From positions 32,001-96,000 of the forward strand of contig CAWBNQ010000008.1 in assembly GCA_963790205.1 (NCBI GenBank): DNA of 64,000 nt, read 5' to 3'. The notes beneath the pieces were generated by a model. That model saw nothing but the letters and a program-made list of their open reading frames with translations, was not told the DNA's origin and did no database searches. Source of the DNA: Nitrospirota bacterium. Its GTDB lineage: Bacteria > Nitrospirota > UBA9217. Both the position numbers and the translations under genes were made by a program. Positions 42,301 to 51,810 of this stretch are shown piece by piece (positions within the stretch are counted from its first letter, which is position 1; each line of letters begins with the position of its first letter).

Positions 42301-42478
42301 TTCTCCTTCATCAACCGGTAACAAAAAACCATGAGGGCATCGCTTCTGTTTTTGCGTGTCGCTAACAGGCCGTGGGGCGGCAAAAAAATATTCCGAGGAA
42401 CGCTGATCACCAATGTGCCTGGCTTCGAATGCGATATGGGTTGGTCTCCGCAATGCCGGTCTTGCGGGGGACGCGCAA

Positions 42479-42913
42479 TCACCCGCTCTTCTTTGATGCA
42501 TACAGGTAATCGACATAACCGAGGATCTGAATCTTCGCCTCTCCTGAAACCTGCCGAAACTTTCTTACCAGCTGTATCTCGTCGTTCGTCATGATCTTGG
42601 ATAAATAGGCGCATTGCTCGGCGGAAAGGGGGTATTTCCGTTTTCCGCTTCCGAATTTCGACGGCGAGGGAGAAAGGAAAAAACCCTTCACGTCAACAGG
42701 CACTTTCTCCCGGTGGGCGGCAAGGACCAACAGCGACTTGTCCAGCTTCAGCTTGTTCGCCATGAGAATAAGGGTATTGTCCTTCGGGATGTGTCCTTTA
42801 TTGAGGGTAACCCGCAGAAGTTCAGGGCTTATTTCGAGATGCTTCGATGCGTCCTTCAGGTTCCGCAGGCCTTTTTTTTCGAGCGCCTGCTTGATGATTT
42901 CGGATACATTCAT
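42479..42913 (-). CDS. XRE-like helix-turn-helix regulator
   Basis: ASKHLEISPELL HTH-like segment, IP...LANKL, C-terminal EIQLVRKFRQ...ILGYVDYL; GGAGG SD. Confidence 0.6.
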   Translation of the reverse strand: MNVSEIIKQALEKKGLRNLKDASKHLEISPELLRVTLNKGHIPKDNTLILMANKLKLDKSLLVLAAHREKVPVDVKGFFLSPSPSKFGSGKRKYPLSAEQCAYLSKIMTNDEIQLVRKFRQVSGEAKIQILGYVDYLYASKKSG

Positions 42914-43107
42914 TGCTCCATCCTCCTCGCGATATCCCTGTTGACTACGGCCCTCTTCGTCGCATCGGGTGTTGGAATGAAAAGTGGTCCTCGAAGATGA
43001 CTATATCATAAAATCGGGATTCCATACAGTATTTCTTGGCGGAATATTCCTGAGGGGGCGGTGACAATGGGAGCAGACTGATTGTCGAAAGGGGATATGC
43101 AGTTGCT

Positions 43108-43587
43108 TCACCGGCATTGCTTGATGATTTTCTCGATAATTCCCGTCGTGGACGCGCCTTCCACGTAAGGCACATTCACTACTTTTCCGCCCCGGGCTTC
43201 GACAACGTCTCTCCCGATGATCTTTTCAACGGGCCAGTCGCCGCCCTTGACCAGGACATCCGGCTGGAGTTCCGAAATGACACGGTAAGGGTCGGGTTCC
43301 CCAAAGAGCGTGACGAAATCCACGGCTTCCAGAGCGGCCAGGGTTTCCATGCGGTCTGCCTCGGCGTTGATCGGCCTTTTTTTGCCTTTGATCACGCGGA
43401 CCGATGCGTCGCTGTTAACGGCGACCACGAGCACGTCCCCGAAGGATTTTGCCTGTGCCAGATAGCGCGTGTGGCCGGCATGGATCAAGTCAAAGCAGCC
43501 GTTCGTGAAGACGATTTTCCTGCCTGCCGCCCGGAGAATGGCAAGGAGGGGAAGGAGTTCCTGAACCGTCTTGATCTTCCTGTGCAT
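43108..43587 (-). CDS. rfaE2: D-glycero-beta-D-manno-heptose 1-phosphate adenylyltransferase
   Basis: FTNGCFDLIHAGH, NSDASV, LVKGGDW, STT. Confidence 0.93.
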   Translation of the reverse strand: MHRKIKTVQELLPLLAILRAAGRKIVFTNGCFDLIHAGHTRYLAQAKSFGDVLVVAVNSDASVRVIKGKKRPINAEADRMETLAALEAVDFVTLFGEPDPYRVISELQPDVLVKGGDWPVEKIIGRDVVEARGGKVVNVPYVEGASTTGIIEKIIKQCR

Positions 43588-43710
43588 GCGAAAATATAAT
43601 ATAAATGAGGAAAGAAAGCAAGCGGCGTTTAAAAGCGGGAACAACAGCCGGGTGGGTCGTGAGCGTTCCTGCGCGCTGTTCTTGATGCGCATGATGCGGC
43701 AGCGCGAACG

Positions 43711-44787
43711 CTATGAATCTTCGTGGGTGTTATAAATCTGATCGAACACCGGGGCGATCTCAATAAACGCCTTCAATACCGCGGGATCGAAGTGTCCCGG
43801 CAGGGTGCGCCCGTCGCCCACGGTTATCGTCTTAACGGTCTTTTCATGGTCGAGCGCCGGCTTGTACGGCCTTTTGCTCCGCAGGGCGTCGTACTGGTCG
43901 GCAAGCATGACGATCCTGCCTTCGATGGGGGTTTTATCTTTCTTGAGCCCGCGCGGGTAGCCGGTGCTGTCCCACCGTTCGTGATGGTTGAGCGCGATGG
44001 AGGCGGCCATTTGAATGGTGGGATAGGTCGATCCGGCGAGTATCTTCTCACCCATGGTCGTGTGGGTCTTCATGATTTCGAACTCCTGCCGCGTCAGCGG
44101 GGCCGGTTTCAACAGGATATTGTCGGGGATCCCTATCTTCCCGATGTCGTGCATGGCGCTCGCGAAGGTCAGGGTCTCTATAAAGTCCGCGGACAGGCCC
44201 AATGCCTCGGCGATCTTGTTCGAATAGAGCCCGATCCGGGAGATGTGGGCGCCCGTATCAGTGTCCCGGTATTCCGCAGCGGCGGTCAAACGGGTGGTAA
44301 CTTCCCTGGCGATGTTCTTGACCAACTGCAGCGCATCGCCCAGTTCCTGTGTCCTCTTCCTGACGGTTTCTTCGAGCATGGACTTATAGTTTTTTTCCAT
44401 TTCGATGAGCTTTGTATACTTCACCGCCTTGTCCACCGCGTGGACCAGATATTCGGGATTGTACGGTTTTGTTATGAAGTCGAAGGCGCCTCGTTTGATG
44501 GCGTCGACCGCCACATCAAGCTCGGCAAAGGCCGTGAGGAGAATGACGGGGAGCTGCGGATCGATGAGGTGGATGTGGCGCAGGAGTTCCATGCCGGTGA
44601 CCTCCGGCATGTTTATGTCGGTCAGTACGACGTCGAAGCCGAGCTCCTTTATCTTGTCGAGCGCATCGCGGCCGTTCCGGCAGGCGCTTACGGTATAGCC
44701 GAATTCCGTAAGCAACGATGACAGGGACTCGAGGACATAGGGATCGTCATCGACAATGAGCAGGTTGTTGTTCTTCAATTCGACCAT
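43711..44787 (-). CDS. REC + HD-GYP c-di-GMP phosphodiesterase (RpfG-like)
   Basis: REC domain, [22 protein letters not shown]. Confidence 0.93.
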   Translation of the reverse strand: MVELKNNNLLIVDDDPYVLESLSSLLTEFGYTVSACRNGRDALDKIKELGFDVVLTDINMPEVTGMELLRHIHLIDPQLPVILLTAFAELDVAVDAIKRGAFDFITKPYNPEYLVHAVDKAVKYTKLIEMEKNYKSMLEETVRKRTQELGDALQLVKNIAREVTTRLTAAAEYRDTDTGAHISRIGLYSNKIAEALGLSADFIETLTFASAMHDIGKIGIPDNILLKPAPLTRQEFEIMKTHTTMGEKILAGSTYPTIQMAASIALNHHERWDSTGYPRGLKKDKTPIEGRIVMLADQYDALRSKRPYKPALDHEKTVKTITVGDGRTLPGHFDPAVLKAFIEIAPVFDQIYNTHEDS

Positions 44788-44865
44788 TTGAAACCCAGGA
44801 CCTTTCGCGCCATCCGGGACCAAAAGCCCGCCACCGGTGAAACAGTGTTTCCATTTTGGGTAGAA

Positions 44866-46584
44866 TCATCTGATGTATGCTTCCGTCACATACCGGCGCA
44901 TCATGCGGTGGCTGTTGAAATAGTAGGCGTTCTTGCTGATGGCGTTCCTCATCATGCGGCTCCAGCCGCTCTTGTTGGGATCATAATATTTGGGGATGAT
45001 CAGGTTCTCAAGCTTGTAGTACAGGTCCGCCGCGTCTTCGGCGTCCGCCGCACCCGGCTCCGACGTTTCGGTCGGCCTGGCGCCGATGGACCATCCCGTA
45101 AAGCCTTCAATGTGCCCCTCGATCCACCACCCGTCGAGCACGCTGAAATTCATCACGCCGTTGTGCGCGGCCTTCATGCCGCTCGTCCCCGACGCCTCGA
45201 GCGGCCGGAGCGGCGTGTTGAGCCATATGTCCACGCCCGAAACGAGCTTGAGCGCGATGTCCATGTCGTAGCCGGGCAGGAAGGCGATCTCGATCTTTCC
45301 CTTGAGCTTGTCCTGGTAGGCATGGATCCCCTGGATGAGCCGCTTTCCGTTGTCGTCGTGGGGATGCGCTTTTCCGGCGTAGACGACCTGGAGCTTCCCT
45401 TTTTCGCCGATCTTCAGGAGCCGCTCGACATCATGGAAGAGCAGGTGGGGCCGCTTGTAGGCCGTTGCCCGCCGCGCGAACCCCAGGGTGAGGACATTGG
45501 GGTCCATGACCACCCCCGTGGTCTGGCCGACGTAGGTAAGCAGCTTTCGCTTCGCCTCCCGGTGCGCCTCCCACAGCTCGAGTTCGGGGATGTTGCCGGA
45601 CCGCACGAAAAGCTCGGGCTCGTTCGCCCATCCGGGAATATACTTGTCGAACAGCTTCGCCATGTCTTCGCAGGTCCAGGTGAAGGTGTGCACGCCGTTC
45701 GTGATGGCGTGGATATGGTAGCCGGGAAACATGTGCTGCGACACTTCCCCGTGCTTTTTCGCGACGCCGTTTATATAGTTGCTCAGGTTGAGGGCGAGGA
45801 GCGTCATGTTGAGGCTGTCCTTGCCTGCAATGTCCCTGAGCACGTCGAAGGGAATGATCTCCCCGAGCACCTGCTTGACGAGGGGATAGGGAAACTTATC
45901 ATGGCCCGCCTCGACCGGGGTATGGGTGGTGAACACGCAGAGCTCTCTCACCCTCGTAATGTCCCAGACCGAGCGCTCGTCCCACACGCTCTCGATATCG
46001 CGCTTGAACTTGAGGAGCAGCTCGAGGGCCAGGAAACTGGCATGTCCCTCGTTCATGTGATATTTTTTGATGTGAAAATCGAGCGCTTGGAGCATGCGTA
46101 CGCCGCCCATGCCGAGGACGACCTCCTGCTTGATCCGGTATGCGCTGTCCCCGCCGTAGAGATAATCGGTCAGGCCCCGGTCCTCGGGCGTGTTCTCCGG
46201 AAGGTCGGTATCCAGGAAGAAGATGGGGACCTTTCCGCCCGTCGGGCTGATGACAATGTAGACCCAGGCCTGGATGTAGACGTCGCGGCCCTCGATCTGG
46301 ACCCTGACTTTTTCGGACAGGAGGGTCATATATTTCGCCGGGTCCCAGACCACGGGTTTTTCCCGCTGCCATCCCAGGCTGTCGAGTTCCTGGGTAAAGT
46401 ACCCCTTGCGCGTGATGAGCGTTACGGCGACAAGCGGGAGTTCCAGATCGGCGGCCGACTTGATGGTGTCGCCGGCCAGAATGCCGAGACCGCCGCTGTA
46501 AGTAGGAATGTCGTTCTTAACGCCGATCTCCATGGAAAAATAGGCGATCATGGGCTCGGCAATAAACTCGTGCAGGTTGTTCAT
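44866..46584 (-). CDS. glgP: Alpha-glucan phosphorylase
   Basis: YFSME, YSGGLG, NEGH, FARRATAYKR, EASGTSGMK. Confidence 0.95.
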   Translation of the reverse strand: MNNLHEFIAEPMIAYFSMEIGVKNDIPTYSGGLGILAGDTIKSAADLELPLVAVTLITRKGYFTQELDSLGWQREKPVVWDPAKYMTLLSEKVRVQIEGRDVYIQAWVYIVISPTGGKVPIFFLDTDLPENTPEDRGLTDYLYGGDSAYRIKQEVVLGMGGVRMLQALDFHIKKYHMNEGHASFLALELLLKFKRDIESVWDERSVWDITRVRELCVFTTHTPVEAGHDKFPYPLVKQVLGEIIPFDVLRDIAGKDSLNMTLLALNLSNYINGVAKKHGEVSQHMFPGYHIHAITNGVHTFTWTCEDMAKLFDKYIPGWANEPELFVRSGNIPELELWEAHREAKRKLLTYVGQTTGVVMDPNVLTLGFARRATAYKRPHLLFHDVERLLKIGEKGKLQVVYAGKAHPHDDNGKRLIQGIHAYQDKLKGKIEIAFLPGYDMDIALKLVSGVDIWLNTPLRPLEASGTSGMKAAHNGVMNFSVLDGWWIEGHIEGFTGWSIGARPTETSEPGAADAEDAADLYYKLENLIIPKYYDPNKSGWSRMMRNAISKNAYYFNSHRMMRRYVTEAYIR

Positions 46585-46882
46585 ACTCCTCCTTGACTGA
46601 AGGTGAGGACAATAATGACCGTGAAGCGGGTCTCCGATAAAAGATAACAGAAACGGACGGCTATTTCAACAGCAAGCAATCGCTCCGTTTCATTATAACA
46701 CTTGACAGAGCATGTTTTTGCGGATATTTTGCTGCTATTACAATGCAGCTGTTGCCCCTCGCCTTTGTCCTCTCCCCAGCGGGAAGCGGGTAGGGAGAAG
46801 GGGATTCCGTAGGAATGTAACAATTTATTATTTCGTTTGTATTAGATCCAATGGCGTATGCCGAACCAGCGCGGAGGACAGG

Positions 46883-47461
46883 GTGAATATTATTGCGTTC
46901 AATGGCAGCCCGAGGAAGGGAGGCAACACGCAGATCCTGCTCGAGGAGGCAATGCGGGGCGCGAAGGAGCAGGGCGCGGACCTGACGGTCTTCAATCTGA
47001 ACGCCTTGAACCTCAGGCCGTGCCAGAACTGCGGCGGCTGCGACGACACCGGCCGCTGCGTGATCCAGGACGACATGCAGGCAATCCACGGCGCGATCCG
47101 TTCCGCGGACCGGATCATCGTCGCCTCGCCGATATTTTTTTTCAGCGTGAGCGCACAGACCAAGATCATGATCGACCGCTGCCAGGCTTTCTGGTCCGAG
47201 AAGTACGTGCATAAGAAGCCGGTGCCTCCGGGACCGGCCGGGCGCAAGGGGCTCCTCATCCTGGTCGGCGGCATGAAACGGGACGCGAAGAACAAGGGGT
47301 TCGAGTGCGCCGAGGCGACGGCGCGGGCTTTTTTCAGGACCGTGAACGTGCAGGAGCACGCGACGCTCGAGTACGGTTCAGTGGACAAAAAAGGCGAGAT
47401 CAAGGATGCCCCCGCGGCGCTCCGCGAGGCTTACGAGGCGGGGAAGGCGCTGGCGGTGTAA
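46883..47461 (+). CDS. Iron-sulfur flavoprotein / flavodoxin-like FMN reductase
   Basis: GSPRKGGNT, CxxCxxC-x5-C, ASPIFF; GTG 46883 after GGAGG. Confidence 0.88.
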   Translation: MNIIAFNGSPRKGGNTQILLEEAMRGAKEQGADLTVFNLNALNLRPCQNCGGCDDTGRCVIQDDMQAIHGAIRSADRIIVASPIFFFSVSAQTKIMIDRCQAFWSEKYVHKKPVPPGPAGRKGLLILVGGMKRDAKNKGFECAEATARAFFRTVNVQEHATLEYGSVDKKGEIKDAPAALREAYEAGKALAV

Positions 47462-47469
47462 AAACCCAA

Positions 47470-47651
47470 GGCAAGAGTATTTCTCGCAAAGGCGCAAAGC
47501 TCGCAAAGAACGCCAAGAAAATCCAAGGCCACGTGCTTTTGGTTTTAAACCAAAAAATTAATTTTGACTCAAGATCTTCTTTGCGACCTTTGCGCCTTTG
47601 CGAGAGACGCCGTTGGCTTCGCTTTTTCGGCTCCGGTTTGTCCGGGTCGGG
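47470..47651 (+). repeat. Dispersed palindromic element family B, copy 1
   Basis: CTCGCAAAG / CTTTGCG arms, central TTTTGGTTTTAAACCAAAA, tail TCCGG..GTC.GGGTC; homologous to 62188-62353. Confidence 0.85.
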
Positions 47652-47653
47652 AG

Positions 47654-48202
47654 TTACATCCCCAGTTTTTTTCTCGCCAGCTCAACCAGCCCGAACACCT
47701 TCAGGTCCACCAGCAGGCCCTGTTTCTGCCGGTCCTGGAGATATTCCTGGGCGCTCTGCAGCGGGACCTCGATCACCTCGATGATCTCATTGTCGTCTCC
47801 GCCGTTTTTCCCCACCCGCTTGAGGTCCGTGCACAGATAGGCCCTGAGCGCCTCGGTCGAAGCTCCTGTTGAAATGGGGCCTTCGGCAAGGAACTCGAGT
47901 TTACCTGCCGACCAGCCGGTCTCCTCGATCAGCTCCCGTTTTGCCGCAACTTCCATGGTTTCATCGGACTCGACCAGGCCTGCGGGCAGTTCGATAACGT
48001 CGCGACCCACCGGAGGCCGGAATTGCCGTTCGAGGATAACATCCCCGGAGGGTGTGACCGCGACCATGACCACGATGCCGCCGATCCCCAAGCGCTCAAG
48101 CGCCTCCCACGTGCGCACGACACCCTTGGCGTCGCGGTAGGTGATTTCCACGGCGCTCATGAAATTGCCTTTCCAAACGGTCTTTTTGCTGATGATTTCC
48201 AT
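47654..48202 (-). CDS. NUDIX hydrolase, ADP-ribose pyrophosphatase-like
   Basis: RQFRPPV, ELPAGL, AAKRELIEETG. Confidence 0.9.
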   Translation of the reverse strand: MEIISKKTVWKGNFMSAVEITYRDAKGVVRTWEALERLGIGGIVVMVAVTPSGDVILERQFRPPVGRDVIELPAGLVESDETMEVAAKRELIEETGWSAGKLEFLAEGPISTGASTEALRAYLCTDLKRVGKNGGDDNEIIEVIEVPLQSAQEYLQDRQKQGLLVDLKVFGLVELARKKLGM

Positions 48203-48312
48203 ACTAATCAGTAGACAGTAGACAGCCGGCAGGTAAATGATCGACCCCTATGCTTGCGGGTTTTTTGTTTTGTATCTGACTACTACCTGCTGTTTACTGT
48301 CTACCGGTTTGT

Positions 48313-48927
48313 TCACAGCCACTTCTTCAAATCCAGCGTCAGGGCCGCGGGAATAATGGTGTCCACTTCGCGGATGCGCTTGCGGCCCGCCTTCTTGAAC
48401 ATGGCAAGCTGCATTGCCTTCTCTTCCTCGTAATGGTCCAGGATCGGGTAGTCTTCCTCGGGGATGTCTTTTTTGAAGTAGCCGCAGCCTTCCAGCCGGA
48501 CCGCGCGCCGCGGGCCGCGTATGGTCGGGCCGAAAATGCGGCAAATGTGCGGTCGCTGGTCGTAGATGAGGCATGCGCCTTTCTCGCCAAGGGCGGGGCA
48601 GGACATCTTCGCGGACCGGCGTGAAATGGCGTCGATGGAGGGCAGCGTTTTCAAGAGCGGGTCTTTCCGCGAAAAGGCCTTTTTCTTTTCGAGGACGTCG
48701 AGCTGCTCATTGGCCTTCGCGATCACCCGTTCACGGACCCGGGCGGGGACCCGCTTCAGCGCGGCGCGCAGGTGGAGCGCGTCGAGGAGCGTAATGTCGA
48801 AGAACCCGACGGAACAGCACTCATAACAGCCGCGCTTGCACTGTACCCCGTGCTTTTTAGAGGCCTTGCGGAACTGTTCGCTGGTCTTGTTGAGAAAATT
48901 CGAGTATTTTTTTACGATTCGATGCAT
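48313..48927 (-). CDS. YkgJ family cysteine-cluster protein
   Basis: CKRGCYECC, CPAL, CLIYDQRPHICRIFG; TTGACA-18-TATAAT promoter at 48989-48960. Confidence 0.85.
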   Translation of the reverse strand: MHRIVKKYSNFLNKTSEQFRKASKKHGVQCKRGCYECCSVGFFDITLLDALHLRAALKRVPARVRERVIAKANEQLDVLEKKKAFSRKDPLLKTLPSIDAISRRSAKMSCPALGEKGACLIYDQRPHICRIFGPTIRGPRRAVRLEGCGYFKKDIPEEDYPILDHYEEEKAMQLAMFKKAGRKRIREVDTIIPAALTLDLKKWL

Positions 48928-49075
48928 TCCGGTGGCGCCTTTCTTGAGAACGGTAGGGGATTATACGTGTTTGAAGGGAGGTTTGTCAACACCAGGAATG
49001 CCGGCGGAAGTTATTCTCAGTTCATCCTTGTATTTGGATTTATAATGTTTTTCCTTGTATCGGGGACCTGCCTTA

Positions 49076-49344
49076 CCCCATACGAAAATTTCAGGCGGGC
49101 GACCGAGTCCGAGGGTGAAGCATTTCGGATGCCTGCACCCAGCGCTTATGCTTATGAGTGTTTACGCGAATGCAGGGCGTCCGAAGCCCGCAGGTTGGCA
49201 AGCCTGCGGCCAGCGTTTATGAGTGCAACGCGCGAATGCAGGCTGTTTCCGAAATGTACCGAGGACGACCGGGCACGCCGGTAAAAATTTTTTGTCGGGT
49301 GCCCTTCTTTGGGGCACCTTTCTTGGGCACGCAAGAAAGGTGAC
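49076..49344 (+). repeat. Dispersed structured element family A, copy 1 (longer copy)
   Basis: 49076-49268 aligns with the reverse complement of 57130-57318; nested hairpins; extra terminal CACCTTTCTTG...CAAGAAAGGTG hairpin. Confidence 0.85.
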
Positions 49345-49476
49345 AATAATACTCAAAGTATTGCTGCCCAAAAAAAACAAGGACCTGGAGCCCAGAACGT
49401 TTCTCTAAAGTTCACGATCCTTTTCTTTTTTGCACAACCCCTTCGCGTCAGAGCTACCCGGCACAGGGTTTACTTC

Positions 49477-50073
49477 TTACTTCCGTTCCGGTCCGTTGCC
49501 CGCTCCCGGGCCTGCGCCCGTCCGGTTGCCGGGACCGCGCGCTCCGGCGATCATGCCGCGCAGCTCGCGTCTGAACTCCTGCTGGAAAATCACATAGCGG
49601 GCCTGCTGCTCGACCGAGAGTATGTCCTTGACCCCGCCGGTCTCTTTTCCCTCGAGCTCCACCATGTCCCGGCGGACCTTCTCGAGCTTGTCGAGATGGG
49701 ATTTTAATTTCTTTTCGTCCGGTTTTCCCGTCTTCAATACGGCCCGGAGGTCCCTCATGGTCTCCATGCGCTCATGCATGAGTCCGCGGCGTTTCTCGTC
49801 CATTGCGCTCAAAAAAGATGCAAGCTTGGCGCCGGTCTTCTCGTCGAGCTTGAGCTCTTCCGTAAGTCTCCACATCCTGACGGTTTCTATCTTTTTTCTG
49901 ACCTCTTCCCGTTTCCCGGCGTCCGGTTCACCCCGGCCCTGAGCGTCGTCAAAGCCCGGCTCGTTCCGGTATTGACCGCCCGTTTGTCCCGGCCCTTGCT
50001 GGGCATGGACCGTCGCTCCCGCCACGATCAACGCTGCCGCCATGATCGTTAAACGCACGCGTTTCATGGTCAT
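49477..50073 (-). CDS. Spy/CpxP-like periplasmic protein
   Basis: Signal peptide, helical charged body, LKLDE and ILSVEQQARY (LTxxQ-like); third gene of the ECF locus. Confidence 0.75.
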   Translation of the reverse strand: MTMKRVRLTIMAAALIVAGATVHAQQGPGQTGGQYRNEPGFDDAQGRGEPDAGKREEVRKKIETVRMWRLTEELKLDEKTGAKLASFLSAMDEKRRGLMHERMETMRDLRAVLKTGKPDEKKLKSHLDKLEKVRRDMVELEGKETGGVKDILSVEQQARYVIFQQEFRRELRGMIAGARGPGNRTGAGPGAGNGPERK

Positions 50074-50204
50074 CCCTCCTCATCCGGTTCTTCGTAGTGT
50101 CGATCTTTTGCCATTAACCACAGCGCACAGTATCTCATTGGAAAATCAAAATACCGTGTTCATGCTTTGATCGGGGATCCTTCCGTGTCCTCCGGGTTTC
50201 CTTT

Positions 50205-50846
50205 TCAGCCATTATCCAGTTCTTTTAACATCGTGGACAACCGCTCAACTTCACGAGCATTTAATTCAGCCAGTTCCTCATTGGGATCGGTATCGAAAAT
50301 ATCCGCTGCGTTCGCCCCGGCCTCACGCGCAAGGGAGGACAGTTCCGCGGCCGTCCAGGCGTCCGCTGCATCGAGCTCCGAAGGCGTCAATTCGGCGATG
50401 GTCACGGAGGTATGCCTGAGAACAGGATCGCGGGGGGAAACATCCTCGGAGGCATATTCCTCCCCGGGAAGCGCAGGCGCGGTCGTCTCCTGCAAAGACG
50501 GATGCATGAGGAGCCAGGAGACCGCGAAAACGATCCCCGCAGCGGCTGCGGCCCAGGCCCAACGCGGAAGGGCCACCCGCCGCAGCAGTTCATGAAGAGG
50601 CAGCCGCGGACGCCTCTTTTCCTTCTGTTGGACAGCGCGATACACGCGCTCCGGCATCCCGGCCCAGAAGGCCTCGCCGGGATCGGGAACGGGCTCGTCC
50701 GCCATCATGCGGAGCAGCGCTGCTTCCTGCGCGCAGTCCGCGCAGGCAATGAGATGCTCCCTTACCCGGGCACTGTCCGCTTCTTCGAGCGCATCGGCGA
50801 CATACGCCGGGAGCAGGTCTTTTATGTCATTATTTTTGCAAAGCAT
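50205..50846 (-). CDS. Zinc-binding (zf-HC2) membrane anti-sigma factor
   Basis: HLIACADC (HxxxCxxC), one TM, downstream of the ECF sigma. Confidence 0.9.
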   Translation of the reverse strand: MLCKNNDIKDLLPAYVADALEEADSARVREHLIACADCAQEAALLRMMADEPVPDPGEAFWAGMPERVYRAVQQKEKRRPRLPLHELLRRVALPRWAWAAAAAGIVFAVSWLLMHPSLQETTAPALPGEEYASEDVSPRDPVLRHTSVTIAELTPSELDAADAWTAAELSSLAREAGANAADIFDTDPNEELAELNAREVERLSTMLKELDNG

Positions 50847-50861
50847 GTGAATACCCCGGCA

Positions 50862-51431
50862 TCAGGTTGAATGAATACCTTCAGACTTCTGTTGCGGCCT
50901 CTCTTTTTCCCCCATGATGCCCTTCAGCTTCTGTACCGCGTGGTGGTAGTTCGCCTTGGCAGTGCCGACCGAGCATTTCATGATACCGGCAATTTCCTCG
51001 AACTTTTTGTCCTCCTGGATCCTGAGCAGGAGCGTGATCCGCTGTTTTTCCGGGAGCCCCGAGAGCGCCTGCCTGAGCAGCATCCTGTTCTCTTTCACGA
51101 TCAACGTTTCGACCGTCCGCGGGTTTCTCCCGATGACCACGTTCTCGATCTGCACGTATTCGGCCCGCGAGCGGTCGCGATATACGTTCTTCGCGAGATT
51201 GATCGCAATCTGGTAGAGCCAGGTCTTGAAGCTCGACCGCCGCTCGAAGGAGCCCAAGCCGGTGAAGGCCTTGACAAAGGCGTTCTGGAGGAGGTCCGCG
51301 GCGTCTTCGCGGCTGCTCACCATTCGGTAAAGCAGGGAGTAGAGAGGCTTCTGGTATTTTATGACCAGTTCGTCGAATGCCGCCCGCTCGCCTGCCGTGG
51401 CCCTCGCGATGAGGTCAAGGTCTTCATCCAT
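50862..51431 (-). CDS. ECF RNA polymerase sigma factor
   Basis: AADLLQ, FKTWLYQIAIN (region 2), EEIA...GTAK (region 4). Confidence 0.93.
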   Translation of the reverse strand: MDEDLDLIARATAGERAAFDELVIKYQKPLYSLLYRMVSSREDAADLLQNAFVKAFTGLGSFERRSSFKTWLYQIAINLAKNVYRDRSRAEYVQIENVVIGRNPRTVETLIVKENRMLLRQALSGLPEKQRITLLLRIQEDKKFEEIAGIMKCSVGTAKANYHHAVQKLKGIMGEKERPQQKSEGIHST

Positions 51432-51453
51432 GGAGAGACCTTGTCATGATAAT

Positions 51454-51481
51454 TAAGACACCGGATTTTAAAAAAGGTTTA
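51454..51481 (-). promoter_or_regulatory. ECF-type autoregulatory promoter
   Basis: TAAAC-N17-GTCTTA (AAC...GTC ECF signature) directly upstream of the sigma gene. Confidence 0.6.
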
Positions 51482-51524
51482 AAAAACATGGCGATCTCGT
51501 AAAAAAAATAAATTTGCCATTGAG

Positions 51525-51760
51525 ACCCTTGATTCCCGTCTCGCGATTTTCGGCGAGATGGTACGAAAACGGGTCTAAGCATTACCCTTGATTCCCGTCT
51601 CGCGATTTTCGGCGAGATGGTACGAAAACGGGTCTAAGCATTACCCTTGATTCCCGTCTCGCGATTTTCGGCGAGATGGTACGAAAACGGGTCTAAGCAT
51701 TACCCTTGATTCCCGTCTCGCGATTCCCAGCGAGATGGTACGATAATGGGTCTAAGTATT
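51525..51760. repeat. Tandem array of four 59-bp hairpin-forming units
   Basis: Units start at 51525, 51584, 51643, 51702; first three identical, fourth has 6 substitutions; no spacers. Confidence 0.95.
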
Positions 51761-51810
51761 GTGACTTCTCCGCGTCTCCGCGGTGAAAAGTTTCAGCCGT
51801 GGGCCGGGAA

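Noticed and set aside
44788..46596. Long antisense ORFs (602 aa here; also 52060-53781, 25532-27055 and others)
   Set aside because: Shadow frames opposite well-supported GC-rich genes, with no recognisable motifs
49152..49408. Short ORFs inside family A and B repeats, and the tail of ORF 56591-57304
   Set aside because: They arise from stop-poor palindromic repeat sequence; no SD or protein motifs
51525..51760. CRISPR array
   Set aside because: Units are contiguous and identical with no unique spacers; no cas genes in the window
51525..51760. c-di-GMP-I riboswitch suggested by GGGTCTAAG next to a diguanylate cyclase
   Set aside because: No GGCAAA/GNRA P1 or GACGCAAA junction, and the motif is on the strand opposite the flanking genes
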